Assembly (NCBI RefSeq): GCF_004010195.1
Contig: NW_025215091.1
Location: forward strand, 1-56,710
From: Chiloscyllium plagiosum
Lineage: Eukaryota
Reading direction: 5' to 3'
DNA: 56,710 nt
Position 1 is the stretch's first letter, and every line of letters starts with the position of its first letter. The notes under the pieces are model-generated. The model did not search any database, was not told the DNA's origin, and was given only the letters and a program-made list of their open reading frames with translations. Both the position numbers and the translations under genes were made by a program. Positions 1-13,332 of this stretch are shown here, piece after piece.

Positions 1-462
1 CCATTACTCACTGAGCTGCTCTGCAGTGTTGCCATGTCCTTTCACTTTCACTTTATAAATCTATCCTCACATGATCCCTCTACCACCATCTCCCCATTGT
101 TCTAGCCCTCTCTGTGACTTTGTTCATTATGATTTACCTACTCTCTAAGGAGCTTTGGTGAGTTGCTGCAGTGCCTCTTAGAGATAGTACACATTGCTGC
201 TATCTGAGGACTTGTGAATGGTGCTGGACATTGTGCAATGATCAGCAAACATCTCCGCTTCTGACCTTATGATGGAGGGAAGGTCATTGATGAAGCAGTT
301 GAAGGTGGTTGGGCCTAGGACACTACCCGAGGAAATCCTGCAGCGAAGTTCTGGAGCTGAGATGACTGACTTCCAACAGCCACAAGCATATTCCCATGTG
401 TCAGGTATGACTCCAAACACCAAAGACTTTGCCCCCTGATTCCCATTGATTCCAGTTTTGTT
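1..462 (-). mobile_element. Decayed CR1/L2-group LINE fragment (reverse transcriptase region)
   Basis: Minus-strand translations KLESMGIRGQSLWCLESYLT and GSVLGPTTFNCFINDLPSIIRSEAEMFADHC resemble the LINE RT motifs QGSxLGP and F/YADD; frameshifted. Confidence 0.8.
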
Positions 463-694
463 TGGATGTAGGTGTCACTGAGAAGCCATTGATTATCCAG
501 CTGAAGCTTTTCTTCAGAATTGTTCAGCAGGAACCAGTCAATGGATTGTTTGGATGTAATCATTAATTGATGTGTGGGGATTTTGAATAATTCAGAAGGA
601 CATTCTTATCTGTTCGACAATGTCTAAACTGCAGAGAGAAGAAAACAGTCCAGTAAATGATCTATTGGTTTGGCAAAGAATGAACTTAAACTGA

Positions 695-1436
695 AAGGTT
701 GTGGTCCCAACACTGACCCTTGCAGAACACCACTTGTCACCAGCTGCCATCCTGGGAAGGATGCATTTATTCCCACTTTCTGCTTTCTGCCAGACAGCTA
801 AGCTTCTATTCATGCTAGCAGCTGGCCTCTAAACACCATGGGCCCTGATCTTACTCAGTAGCCTCCTGTGCAGCACCTTGCCAAAGGCTTCTGGAAGTCC
901 AAGTAATAACATCCCTTGGCTCTCCTTGGTCTAACCTGCATGTTATCTCGTCAAAGAATTCTAGCAGATTTGTCAGGCATGACCTCCCCTTGATGAAACC
1001 ATGCTGAACTTTGCTCTATTTTACCATGCACTTCCAAGTATTCAGAAATCTCATCCTTCACAAAGGACTCCAATACTTACCAATGACAGAACAAGCAAAT
1101 CAGCCTATAATTTCCCACCTTTTGCCTTACTCTCTTCTTAAACAGGGGATTATATTCACGATTTTCCAGTCCTCTGGGGCCCTCTCTGACTCTACTGATT
1201 CCTGAAAGATCTTCGTTACTGCCTCCATTATCTCTTCAGCTATCTCCTTCAAAGCTCTGGGGTGTAGTCCATCTGGTCCAGGTGATTTATCGACTTTCAG
1301 CCCTTTTAGTTTTTCTAGCAACTTCTCTTTGGTGATGGCTACTATACTCATCTCTGCCTCCGACTCTTGAATTTTTGGGACACTCATGTGTTCCACCATG
1401 AAGACTGACACAAAGCACTTGTTCACATTTTTCACC
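695..1436 (-). mobile_element. CR1 LINE ORF2 fragment
   Basis: ORF 1127-1465 KLKGLKVDKSPGPDGLHPRALKE...PEDWKIVNIIP is typical CR1 ORF2; the minus strand of 700-800 encodes KQKVGINASFPGWQLVTSGVLQGSVLGP. Confidence 0.9.
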
Positions 1437-1447
1437 ATAGGGTAGGG

Positions 1448-1686
1448 TGTATGAAATAACTCCATGAAGGCACGTATACCGCCATTAAGTCACCCTTTAT
1501 TACACGTGCAATGTACATGACGCTAACCTAGCTAGCTCAGTGCCGGCTCCTAGAGTCAGTAAAAACCCTGTCACTCCTGTTTCACTCAGTCAGCCAGGAT
1601 TCTCTGATAGAACCAGACTAACAGCCCCACTCAGGGAACTCATGTTCTATGAGATCCACCTGGCTGACCTCATTCGAATTACTACA
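1448..1686 (-). mobile_element. Probable solo LTR (~240 bp, Gypsy-like); further copies at 2538-2776 and 3628-3866, truncated copy 4718-4750
   Basis: TGTA...TACA termini, minus-strand AATAAA about 50 nt from the 3' end, inserted within a SINE-tail-like sequence; no clean target-site duplication. Confidence 0.6.
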
Positions 1687-1766
1687 GGGTGGGTCGAGGT
1701 GACTTGCTGTTTGAAGAGTCAGTGTGGACTCAGTGGCCTGCTTCCACACTGTAGGGACTCTATGAC
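1687..1766 (+). mobile_element. SINE 3' tail fragment (HE1-like), present in each tandem unit
   Basis: gtcagtgtggactc...ggcctgcttccacactgtagggactctatga resembles the 3' end of the SINE at 26149-26470. Confidence 0.6.
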
Positions 1767-4750
1767 AAATTAATTTATCTTGATTCATACTGAGTGCATT
1801 TAAGTACAACACACCCCAGTCCTGTATTGACTGCTTCCCTTCTCGTAGTTGTCCCCTCATGTGCTTTACTTGAAATTAGTTTCTTGACCCTTTCCATACT
1901 CTCTTTTATGGATTATTACTTTTTTGGTTCTATTTTCTAATTTCGCCCTTAACTGCTCATATTCCCTTGTCAAAGGCCTTCTGGACGTCCAAGTAATAAC
2001 ATCCCTTGGCTCTCCTTGGTCTAACCTGCTTGTTACCTCATCAAAGAATTCTAACAGATTTGTCAGGCATGACCTTATCTTGATGAAACCATGCTGAACT
2101 TTGCTCTATTTTACCATGCACTTCCAAGTATTCAGAAATCTCATCCTTCACAAAGGACTCCAATACTTACCAATGACAGAACAAGCAAATCAGCCTATAA
2201 TTTCCCACCTTTTGCCTTACTCTCTTCTTAAACAGGGGATTATATTCACGATTTTCCAGTCCTCTGGGGCCCTCTCTGACTCTACTGATTCCTGAAAGAT
2301 CTTCGTTACTGCCTCCATTATCTCTTCAGCTATCTCCTTCAAAGCTCTGGGGTGTAGTCCATCTGGTCCAGGTGATTTATCGACTTTCAGCCCTTTTAGT
2401 TTTTCTAGCAACTTCTCTTTGGTGATGGCTACTATACTCATCTCTGCCTCCGACTCTTGAATTTTTGGGACACTCATGTGTTCCACCATGAAGACTGACA
2501 CAAAGCACTTGTTCACATTTTTCACCATAGGGTAGGGTGTATGAAATAACTCCATGAAGGCACGTATACCGCCATTAAGTCACCCTTTATTACACGTGCA
2601 ATGTACATGACGCTAACCTAGCTAGCTCAGTGCCGGCTCCTAGAGTCAGTAAAAACCCTGTCACTCCTGTTTCACTCAGTCAGCCAGGATTCTCTGATAG
2701 AACCAGACTAACAGCCCCACTCAGGGAACTCATGTTCTATGAGATCCACCTGGCTGACCTCATTCGAATTACTACAGGGTGGGTCGAGGTGACTTGCTGT
2801 TTGAAGAGTCAGTGTGGACTCAGTGGCCTGCTTCCACACTGTAGGGACTCTATGACAAATTAATTTATCTTGATTCATACTGAGTGCATTTAAGTACAAC
2901 ACACCCCAGTCCTGTATTGACTGCTTCCCTTCTCGTAGTTGTCCCCTCATGTGCTTTACTTGAAATTAGTTTCTTGACCCTTTCCATACTCTCTTTTATG
3001 GATTATTACTTTTTTGGTTCTATTTTCTAATTTCGCCCTTAACTGCTCATATTCCCTTGTCAAAGGCCTTCTGGACGTCCAAGTAATAACATCCCTTGGC
3101 TCTCCTTGGTCTAACCTGCTTGTTACCTCATCAAAGAATTCTAACAGATTTGTCAGGCATGACCTTATCTTGATGAAACCATGCTGAACTTTGCTCTATT
3201 TTACCATGCACTTCCAAGTATTCAGAAATCTCATCCTTCACAAAGGACTCCAATACTTACCAATGACAGAACAAGCAAATCAGCCTATAATTTCCCACCT
3301 TTTGCCTTACTCTCTTCTTAAACAGGGGATTATATTCACGATTTTCCAGTCCTCTGGGGCCCTCTCTGACTCTACTGATTCCTGAAAGATCTTCGTTACT
3401 GCCTCCATTATCTCTTCAGCTATCTCCTTCAAAGCTCTGGGGTGTAGTCCATCTGGTCCAGGTGATTTATCGACTTTCAGCCCTTTTAGTTTTTCTAGCA
3501 ACTTCTCTTTGGTGATGGCTACTATACTCATCTCTGCCTCCGACTCTTGAATTTTTGGGACACTCATGTGTTCCACCATGAAGACTGACACAAAGCACTT
3601 GTTCACATTTTTCACCATAGGGTAGGGTGTATGAAATAACTCCATGAAGGCACGTATACCGCCATTAAGTCACCCTTTATTACACGTGCAATGTACATGA
3701 CGCTAACCTAGCTAGCTCAGTGCCGGCTCCTAGAGTCAGTAAAAACCCTGTCACTCCTGTTTCACTCAGTCAGCCAGGATTCTCTGATAGAACCAGACTA
3801 ACAGCCCCACTCAGGGAACTCATGTTCTATGAGATCCACCTGGCTGACCTCATTCGAATTACTACAGGGTGGGTCGAGGTGACTTGCTGTTTGAAGAGTC
3901 AGTGTGGACTCAGTGGCCTGCTTCCACACTGTAGGGACTCTATGACAAATTAATTTATCTTGATTCATACTGAGTGCATTTAAGTACAACACACCCCAGT
4001 CCTGTATTGACTGCTTCCCTTCTCGTAGTTGTCCCCTCATGTGCTTTACTTGAAATTAGTTTCTTGACCCTTTCCATACTCTCTTTTATGGATTATTACT
4101 TTTTTGGTTCTATTTTCTAATTTCGCCCTTAACTGCTCATATTCCCTTGTCAAAGGCCTTCTGGACGTCCAAGTAATAACATCCCTTGGCTCTCCTTGGT
4201 CTAACCTGCTTGTTACCTCATCAAAGAATTCTAACAGATTTGTCAGGCATGACCTTATCTTGATGAAACCATGCTGAACTTTGCTCTATTTTACCATGCA
4301 CTTCCAAGTATTCAGAAATCTCATCCTTCACAAAGGACTCCAATACTTACCAATGACAGAACAAGCAAATCAGCCTATAATTTCCCACCTTTTGCCTTAC
4401 TCTCTTCTTAAACAGGGGATTATATTCACGATTTTCCAGTCCTCTGGGGCCCTCTCTGACTCTACTGATTCCTGAAAGATCTTCGTTACTGCCTCCATTA
4501 TCTCTTCAGCTATCTCCTTCAAAGCTCTGGGGTGTAGTCCATCTGGTCCAGGTGATTTATCGACTTTCAGCCCTTTTAGTTTTTCTAGCAACTTCTCTTT
4601 GGTGATGGCTACTATACTCATCTCTGCCTCCGACTCTTGAATTTTTGGGACACTCATGTGTTCCACCATGAAGACTGACACAAAGCACTTGTTCACATTT
4701 TTCACCATAGGGTAGGGTGTATGAAATAACTCCATGAAGGCACGTATACC

Positions 4751-5590
4751 CTTTAAAACTTGCACAGCCTTCCTGTAAACAGGGGACCAGAACTAAACAC
4801 AATAATCCAAGTGTGGTCTCACCAGGCTGCTATAAAGATGCGGTAAAACCTCACGGCTCTTAAAATCAATCCACTTGTTCAGGAAAGCCAACACAACATA
4901 TGCCTTTTTAACAACCCTACCAACGTCCGTGGCGATTTTGAGGGATCGATGAACATGGACCCCACGATCTCTCTGTTCCTCCACACTGCCAAGTATTCTG
5001 CCTTTCACACTGTATTCTGTATTCAAATTCGACCTTCCAGAATGAATCACTTCACACTTTTCCAGATTGGACTCCATCTGCCACTTCCAGCCCAGCTCTG
5101 CGTCCTGTCAATGTCCCATTGCAACCTACAACAGCCCTCCACATTCCCCACCACTCCATCAACCTTCATGTGATTGGCAAACTAACTAACCCACTCTCCA
5201 ACATCCACATCCAAGTCATTTACAAAAATCACAGAGAGCAGAGTCCCAGAGCCGATTGTTACAGAACACCACTGGTCACTGAGCTCCAGGCTCAATTCTG
5301 TCCATCTGCTGTCACCCTCTGTCTTCTCTGGGCCATCCAATCCTGTATCCAGACAGATTCCCTGTATCCCAATCATCCTTCTTTTCTGAATGAGCCATCA
5401 ACGTATTCTGCCATATCCTCAAAGAATTCAATAAGGTTTGTGAGGCATGACCTGACCCCTCACAAACCCATACTGAATGTGGCTAATTTCACTATGGTTT
5501 TCAAAGTAGTCATACATCCTGTCTTTAGAGTCCTCGCCAATAATCTGCACACCACAGACATTAGACCAAATCTGTAATTCCCAGAATTCT
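4751..5590 (-). mobile_element. CR1 LINE ORF2 (RT) fragment
   Basis: ORF 4793-5077 KCEVIHSGRSN...EEQRDRGVHVHRSLK...LVRPHLDYCV; ORF 5182-5376 LLSVIFVNDLD. Confidence 0.9.
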
Positions 5591-5649
5591 ACCTCCGTAA
5601 CATGGCTCGGACTTTACAAATCTTCCCTCCTCTGCCATGTTCCCCAGAA

Positions 5650-7450
5650 GGGCACTGGAGGGTGGTGGAGATTACAGAGTCAGGGAGGGATATCAGGACA
5701 GGAGGATTTTGCATACATTAGGAGGGTTGCAATGCAAAAAGGAGGCTTCAGCAATTGTGAGGTTTCATGGTGATGAAGGCATTTGAGAAGGGAGGGAGGG
5801 AGGAATTTAGGGAAATGAGAGGTTTCACAGTTTAGGTGTTTTGTTAGGGCTGCAAGTGGTTACTGAGTTGGGGAGGGTGTAAGCACTGGTGGATATTACA
5901 TAAACATGTGGTTTTGGTTGCAATGCAGGAAGAGGATTCAGGAAGCTGGAGAGTATGGTGTCTGAACAAGGTTACACAAATGGGATGAGTTGTCAGGAGT
6001 GGAGGTGTTTACAGAGACAGCAATGGTCTGATCTGGAGCAGAGGACCCAGATTGGGAGGAATGTGGGGACTGGAAGTGGTTTCACAGGGAGGGAGGACCA
6101 TAGACCCACACGAGGTTACAGAAATGTAGAGAGCTGTAGGGCTGACGGGTTCATGGAGTTGGGAATGTTGGGAGGGATGGAGATGTGTACAGGGATAAGG
6201 ATGTTTGTAGGCCAGGGCTGGATCACAGACAGGGAGTGTTTTAGGGAGCTGAGCAGATTACAGAGATAAAGATGTTTGTATCGACTATGCAGGGTAGTCG
6301 TGACTGAAGATGTTTATAGACATAGGAAGGCTTAGGTTCTGGGGGTTATGGAGACTGTGGAATCTGGATTTGTTTTCAGAGACTGGGATAACAATTTTGG
6401 TCAGAAACAGTTTCAAAGACAAGGGAGCATAGCACAAACAGGAGGAAGTTGTAGGGGAGGGTGACGTTTAAACAGATAGTGGTGTAAGAGCTGGACAAGG
6501 TTATGAAGATGGGTAGATGGTGGAGACACAGGAGGAGCTTACATTGACATGGGGATGATAGTGACAGGAGGGNNNNNNNNNNNNNNNNNNNNNNNNNNNN
6601 NNNNNNNNNNNNNNNNNNNNNNNNNNNNNNNNNNNNNNNNNNNNNNNNNNNNNNNNNNNNNNNNNNNNNNNNNNNNNNNNNNNNNNNNNNNNNNNNNNNN
6701 NNNNNNNNNNNNNNNNNNNNNNNNNNNNNNNNNNNNNNNNNNNNNNNNNNNNNNNNNNNNNNNNNNNNNNNNNNNNNNNNNNNNNNNNNNNNNNNNNNNN
6801 NNNNNNNNNNNNNNNNNNNNNNNNNNNNNNNNNNNNNNNNNNNNNNNNNNNNNNNNNNNNNNNNNNNNNNNNNNNNNNGAGAGGGACAGGGACTGGTGTA
6901 GGGATTTACACAGATAGGGAAGGTTGTATTTTTGGTGAAGGTTACACTGATACAGATAGTGTTAGGGAGTGTTAAGTGATCTACAGAGGAGCTCGGAGAG
7001 AATGTATTATGGGGAGTGGAGGAGATTACAGACACAGAGATGGCTTTCAGGTTGAAATGAGCTTCTACAGATCCTCAGTGCTGTAAGGCTGGAGGGAGGT
7101 TATAACAGTGAGTGTTGCCAAGAGTTAATTACTTCACTGATATAGAGCAGGTCTCAGCACGTAACTGTCAAAGGGAAATTGAGACAGTCCAGATGAGTTT
7201 TCAGAAATACAAATGTTTATGGGAGTTTCAAGAGGGAACAATGATTGGGAGTGCTGTACCAAATGCCAATAGTTATAGGGAGGGTTCTAAAAGCAGGAAG
7301 AGGTGACAGACATATCGATCTTTGTAAGGACTGAAGAAGCTTACATCGCCAAGGAGTGTTTTAGAGTCTGGAGGAGATTACAGTGTTAAGGAGAATATTG
7401 GGGATAAGGCCAGGTGTAAGAGACGGGGAAGGTTGACAGGGCTGGACAAT
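5650..7450 (+). repeat. Decayed purine-rich minisatellite-like region (spans gap 6573-6878)
   Basis: Strong G/A bias on the + strand with recurrent G(A/G)TTACAGAG and GGGAGGG motifs every ~30-40 bp. Confidence 0.55.
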
Positions 7451-7457
7451 AACCTGA

Positions 7458-7658
7458 ACAGAATCGCCATAGTGTGGAACCAGGCCATTCAGTCCAACCA
7501 GTCCATTCCAAACCTCTGAAGAGCATCCTACCCAGACCCACCCCTCTACCCATACATTAAACCCTGCATTTCTCGTGGTGAACTTACTTAAACCACACAT
7601 TTCTGAATACCACAGTCAATTTACGATGGCCAATCCTCTGATGGTGCAAATTTTGGAC
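7458..7658 (-). mobile_element. 5'-truncated HE1-like SINE
   Basis: Reverse complement reads ccaaaatttgcac...gattggccatcgtaaattg...tggcctggttccacactatggcgattctgt, matching the 3' half of the SINE at 26149. Confidence 0.7.
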
Positions 7659-7659
7659 A

Positions 7660-9339
7660 CATGCACACACACACAGCAAGGGAGCGACACGCAAACACAC
7701 ACAGTGAGGGAGATACCCGCAGCCACACAGCGAGGGAAGGACATGCACACACACACAGTGAGGGAGATACCCGCAGACACACAGCGAGGGGAGGATACAC
7801 ACGCAAATCGAGGGAGGGACACGCACACACGCAGCGAGGGAGGGACACGCACACACACAACGAGGGAGAGACACACACAGTGAGGGAGACACACACACAG
7901 TGAGGGAAGGTCATGCACACACAGCGAGGGAGGGACACGCTGAGACACGCAGTGAGAGAGGGGACATGCACTTACACAGCGTGGGAGGGACACGCACAGA
8001 CATGCAGCGAAGGGAGACACACACACACACACACACAGAGACAGTGAGGGAATGACATGCACACACATAGCGAGGGAGGGACACACAGTGAAGGAGGGAC
8101 AAGCACACACACCGCAAGGGGGAGGGCATGTGCACACAAATTGAGAGGGGGCACACACACACGCAAAGCGAGGGAGGGACACGCAAACACACGCACAGTG
8201 AGGGGAATGCAGAAAGACACGGCGAGGGACGGGGACACACACACACACAGCGAGGGAGGGACGTGCACATACAGCGATGGGATATGGACACACACACGTA
8301 AAGCGAAGGAGGGACACGCACACATACACACACACACAGACACAGAGCGAGGGAGAAACGCGCACACACAGTGAGGAAGGGACAAACACACACTTATGGT
8401 GAGGGGAATACACGCAGACACACAGTGAGGGAGAGACACGCACATACACTGCAAGGGAGGGACACGCACACACCGCGAAGGAGGGACATGCACACACAGC
8501 GAGAGGGGACACAGAGACATGGCAAGGGTGGGACACACGCACACAGCAAGCTGGTCACACACACACACATGGGACGGACACGCACACACGCAAAGCGAGG
8601 GAGGGACACGCACATACACACACACAAACACAGAGCAAGGGATGGACATGCACGCACGCACACAAGGGACAGACACACATATGCAAAGCGAGGGAGGGAC
8701 ACGCACAGATACGCACACACAGAGCAAGGGAGGGACACGTGCACACACAGCGAGGGAGGGACATGCAAAGCGAGGGAACGATACGCAAACGCACACAGTG
8801 AGGGGGTTACCCGCAGACACACAGCGTGGAAGACACACACACACACACGCACGCAGCGAGGAGGGACATGCACACATAGCGAGGGAGGAACACGTATACG
8901 CACAGTGAGGAAGAGATACACGCACTACACAGTGAGCGGGTTACCCACAGACACAAAGCGAGGGAAGGACACACGCACACATTCACAGCAAGGGAGGGAC
9001 GTGTGGAAGACACACACACACACACACACACACGCACGCAGCGAGGAGGGACATACACACATAGCGAGGGAGGAACACGTATACGCACAGTGAGGAAGAG
9101 ATACACGCACTACACAGTGAGCGGGTTACCCACAGACACAAAGCGAGGGAAGGACACACGCACACATTCACAGCAAGGGAGGGACACATACACACACACA
9201 GCGATCGAGAGACACACACACACAGCGAGGGAGGGAAAGACATGCACACACAGCGTGGGAGTGGCATGCAAACACAGCGAGGGAGGGGACATACACAAAG
9301 ACATACAGCGAGGGAGGGACACCTTCATACACAGCAAGG

Positions 9340-9373
<34 letters not shown>

Positions 9374-11242
9374 GCGAGGGAAGGGCATTTTTACAGAAAT
9401 TGAGAGGGGATATGCACACACAGCGAGAGAGCACACGCACAGACACGGCCAGGGAGGGACACGCACACATAGCGAGGGGGGATATGCACTCACACTGCGA
9501 GGGGAGAAGGGCACACACAGTGAGGGGTTATACAGAAAGAGCAATGGAGGGACACACACACACGCACACACACACGGGACACACACACACAAAGAGTGAG
9601 GGAGTGACACGCGCACACAGAGCAAGAGGGATACACACGCACACATACACACACAGTTAAGGGGATGCAAGCAGACACACACACAGCGAGGGAGGGACAA
9701 TCACATATACTGCAAGAGGGACACACATACTCACAGCAAGTGGGACACACACACAGTGAGTGTGCAAGCACACAAACACAAACACATGCAGCGAGAGAGG
9801 GACATGCGCACACAGTGAGGGAGGGACACACACACAAACACGCACACCCAGAGCAAGAGAGGAACATTCGCTAACACAGCGAGGGGGAGACACATGCACA
9901 CACAAGAGGGAAGGCCACACACACGCGTGCACATCTAGAGGGACACACACACAGAGCAAGAGAGGGACACGCACACACACAGCCAGGGAGGGACATGCAC
10001 ACACAGCGAGGGAGGGTCACACACAAATACACACACATAGAGCAAGAGAGGGACACGCACACACAGCAAGGGGGAGACACATACACACGCAGAGAGGGAG
10101 GGCCACGCACACACACGTACAGCAAGAGGGACACACACACACACAGCAAGGGGGGGATCTCACACATACACAGCGAGTGAGGGACATGTTCACACGCAGC
10201 AAGGGAGGGACACACACACACACACACAGCAAGGGGGACACGCACACTCACAGCATGGGAGGGAGACACACACTTACACACACACAGAGGGAGGGACATG
10301 CACGTACACACACACACACTCAGCGAGGGAAGGACACGCACACACAGTGAGAGAGAGAGACACACACACACACAATACGATGGGGTGACACACACAAAAC
10401 AGCGAGTGAGGGACATGCAGTGAAGGGGGGACACACAAACACATACAGCGAGGATGTGACAGTAACACACACACAGGGAGGAAGGGACACAACACAGCGA
10501 GGGAGGGACCTGCTGAGACACGCAGCGAGCGAGGGATACGTGCACACACAGGGAAGGAGGGACAAGCAGACACACGGCGAGGGGGAGGGCATGTGCACGG
10601 AAATTGAGTGGGGGCACGCACAGACATGGCGAGGGAGGGACACACACACACACACACGCAGCGAGGGAAGGACACTCACATACACTGTAAAAGGGACACA
10701 CACACACGCACAGCAAGAGGGACACACAAACACACACACACACACACACACAGGCACACAGCGAGAGAGGGGCACGCACACACATAGCGAGGAGGAGACA
10801 CATGCACACACAGCGACGGAGGGCCACACACACACACATGCACAGTAAGAGGGACACACACACACACACAGCGCAAGGGGGTAACTCACACATACACAGC
10901 GAGGGAAGAACACGCACACAGCAAGGAAGGGACATGCACACACACAGACAGCGAGGGTGCGACCACACACACGCGAGGGAGAGACACACACACAGCGAGG
11001 GAGGGACACGCACACACACCGACAGCAAGGGAGGGACACGCACACACAGTGAGGGAGCGACATGCGCATGAGGAAGCACACAAACATAGACACACACAGT
11101 GAGAGACGGACATGCACACACACACACAGCAAGAGAGGGACACGCGCACACACACAGCGAGGGAGCGACACATGCTCACAGAGGGAGGGAGGGCCACGCA
11201 CACACACACGCAGCAAGATGGACGCACACACACACGCAGCAA

Positions 11243-11286
<44 letters not shown>

Positions 11287-11430
11287 GCGAGGGGGCGACA
11301 CATGCACACACAGCGAGGAAAGGCCACGCACACACACACACAGCAAGAGGGACACACACACAGAGCGAGGGAGGGACACGCACACAGACAGCGAGGGAGC
11401 GACACGTGCATGAGGAAGCACACAAACACA
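7660..11430. repeat. Satellite A block 1: (CA)n tracts alternating with GCGAGGGAGGGACAC
   Basis: Directly visible ~25-35 bp degenerate unit; + strand nearly devoid of T; perfect-like higher-order duplication 8826-9000 / 9003-9185. Confidence 0.95.
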
Positions 11431-11431
11431 G

Positions 11432-11620
11432 CAATAATCCCCTGCCTGCATCCCCCTATCGCCATCCCTCTACCCTTCCACCAGCCCAACGGCCCTCCCT
11501 CTATTTACTTCTCGGATCCCCTTTCCCTACCCCAATCCTGATGAAGTCTTTTAGCCTGAAACGTTGACTTTCCTGTTCCTAGGATGCTGTCTCACTTGCT
11601 GTGCTTTTTCAGTTTCATAT
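11432..11620 (+). mobile_element. Penelope-like element terminus with degenerate hammerhead core
   Basis: C-rich tract followed by CTGATGA (11538-11544)...GAAACGTT (11558-11565) and ...ggatgctgtctcacttgctgtgctttttcag, homologous to 33921-34016 and 35078-35130. Confidence 0.7.
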
Positions 11621-11859
11621 GTATTGGCTATGTTGTTGCACATTGAGACCTTATCAGCAACAGATTTTATTGTGCTTTTTATACATTCCTTTTTGTCTGT
11701 TTACTGACAAGCTTATCTCAACATTCTCACTGCAGATTCTAGGAAACAGTCTTTTTCTCACTAATGCTCCTATCTGCTTCGAACTGATTTCCTTTGTTTT
11801 AACCGTACTTTCATCTCTGCTGTTCGCACTGGCATTGTAAATGTAACTCCTGTTATGCT

Positions 11860-12720
11860 ATGGCTTAATCACACCATTTCCAATATACTTCACAACTTCC
11901 TTTTTCTTATATTCCACACATCTATTCATAAACCAAAGATCCAATACGTCCTTCTATAATTTCCTGCCTTCTGTGTTCCTCTCTCCTTAAACGGGGAGGT
12001 TACATTTACCAGTCCTCTCTCACTCCAAAGTTTCCAGCAATGCCTCCACAATTGCCTTCGATGTCTCTTTAGAACTGTGAGCTTTTGTCCAACTGGTCTC
12101 GCTGATTGATCCAACTTCACCTTCCCCAGCACCTTCTCCTTACTGAGGTCAGTATACTCACCACTATACCCTGACTGTCTTGAAGTTCTGGCATTTTGCT
12201 GGTGTCTTCCACCGTGAAGACTGATGTAAAGTATTCAATTCCTCTGCCATTCCATTGCTTCCCATAACTACTCAAGCCTCATTTTCCAACAGTCCTTTGT
12301 TTGTTTTTTACTCCCTGTCTTCCTTGTTATAAATCTAAAAATCACTTTCTATCTTCTTTTACTTGATTAAGAAGCGTAATATCATATTTCACCCTCTCCT
12401 CCCATTTGCTGTTATTAGTTATCCGTGCCGGAACTTGTAGGCTTCGTAATCCTTTGGATTCCCAATAATCTTCACCACATTGTGTGCATTTTCTTTTGTT
12501 TTTATGCTTTCCCTGAGTTCGTTATCACTCACGGCTGACTTGTCTTCTGCAGAATATTGTTCTTCTTACTTGGGATGCATTTCTGATGTGCTGATGAATC
12601 ATCTCCAGATACCTCTGCCATTGCTGCTTCACCATCTTCCCGTGCTCAGCTTCCCTTCCAACTAACTCTGGCCAAATGCTCCCTCATGTCTTGTAGTTAC
12701 ATTACTCAAATATAAGACAT
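11860..12720 (-). mobile_element. Old CR1 LINE ORF2 fragment
   Basis: ORF 11926-12132 includes NVTSPFKERGTQKAGNYR (CR1 NVTPLFKKG..K.GNYRP); heavily decayed. Confidence 0.75.
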
Positions 12721-12903
12721 CACATCCAAATGTGGACAATAGATGTAAACAGAAGGAGAGACATCTGAGGCATGGGACAGAAAGAACGATTGGAGGATTT
12801 ATCAATTAGATTAAAAGAGAGATCGAGAGAGTCAGAGAGAGAGAATATAGACATGGAGATATAAAAATAGAGAAGTCTACATGACTGATAGATATAGATG
12901 TAC

Positions 12904-13070
12904 TTCTGTATTTGGTTTGACAATTCGTGTGTGCTGTGGTCCTTTGTACAGTGTATGTGCAACAGATTAATATGTTGAAATCCTGGGTCTGATGCCAGAA
13001 CTTTTATCTCCATCAATATGACAGAACCCAGCAGGCCAATGTATAGGTTTCCCGGTAGAAAATTGATTAA
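12904..13070 (-). other. Candidate internal exon (167 bp) of minus-strand transcript
   Basis: Non-repetitive island; acceptor ttccaatttatttcAG, weak donor GAA|GTACAT; only the phase-0 frame is open (LINFLPGNLYIG...ELSNQIQ). Confidence 0.4.
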
Positions 13071-13332
13071 CTGAAATAAATTGGAACACCAGAAGCAGGA
13101 ATTTATAACATACATACTGATAAGAATTAGAGATTAGGTCTGGGAATGCATTAAAGAGGCAGGAAGAAGAGGGTACATTGAGAGAAGGGGAACATAACTT
13201 CTCAGCTGAAGACTAAATAACATATTAACATTTTATAAAATTTGTACATCGCATGCATCATTTTTGTTAACTATGTCTCTCTTGTTCATTCTGAATATGG
13301 TGCATACATATGAACAGTCTTATCTATCTGCA

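Larger units (their letters stand above)
989..4750. repeat. Tandem repeat, 1,090-bp unit, ~3.45 apparently identical copies (CR1 + solo LTR + SINE tail + CR1 ORF2 start)
   Basis: Identical ORFs recur at 1011/2101/3191/4281 and 1127/2217/3307/4397; identity starts near 989 and ends abruptly at 4750. Confidence 0.97.
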
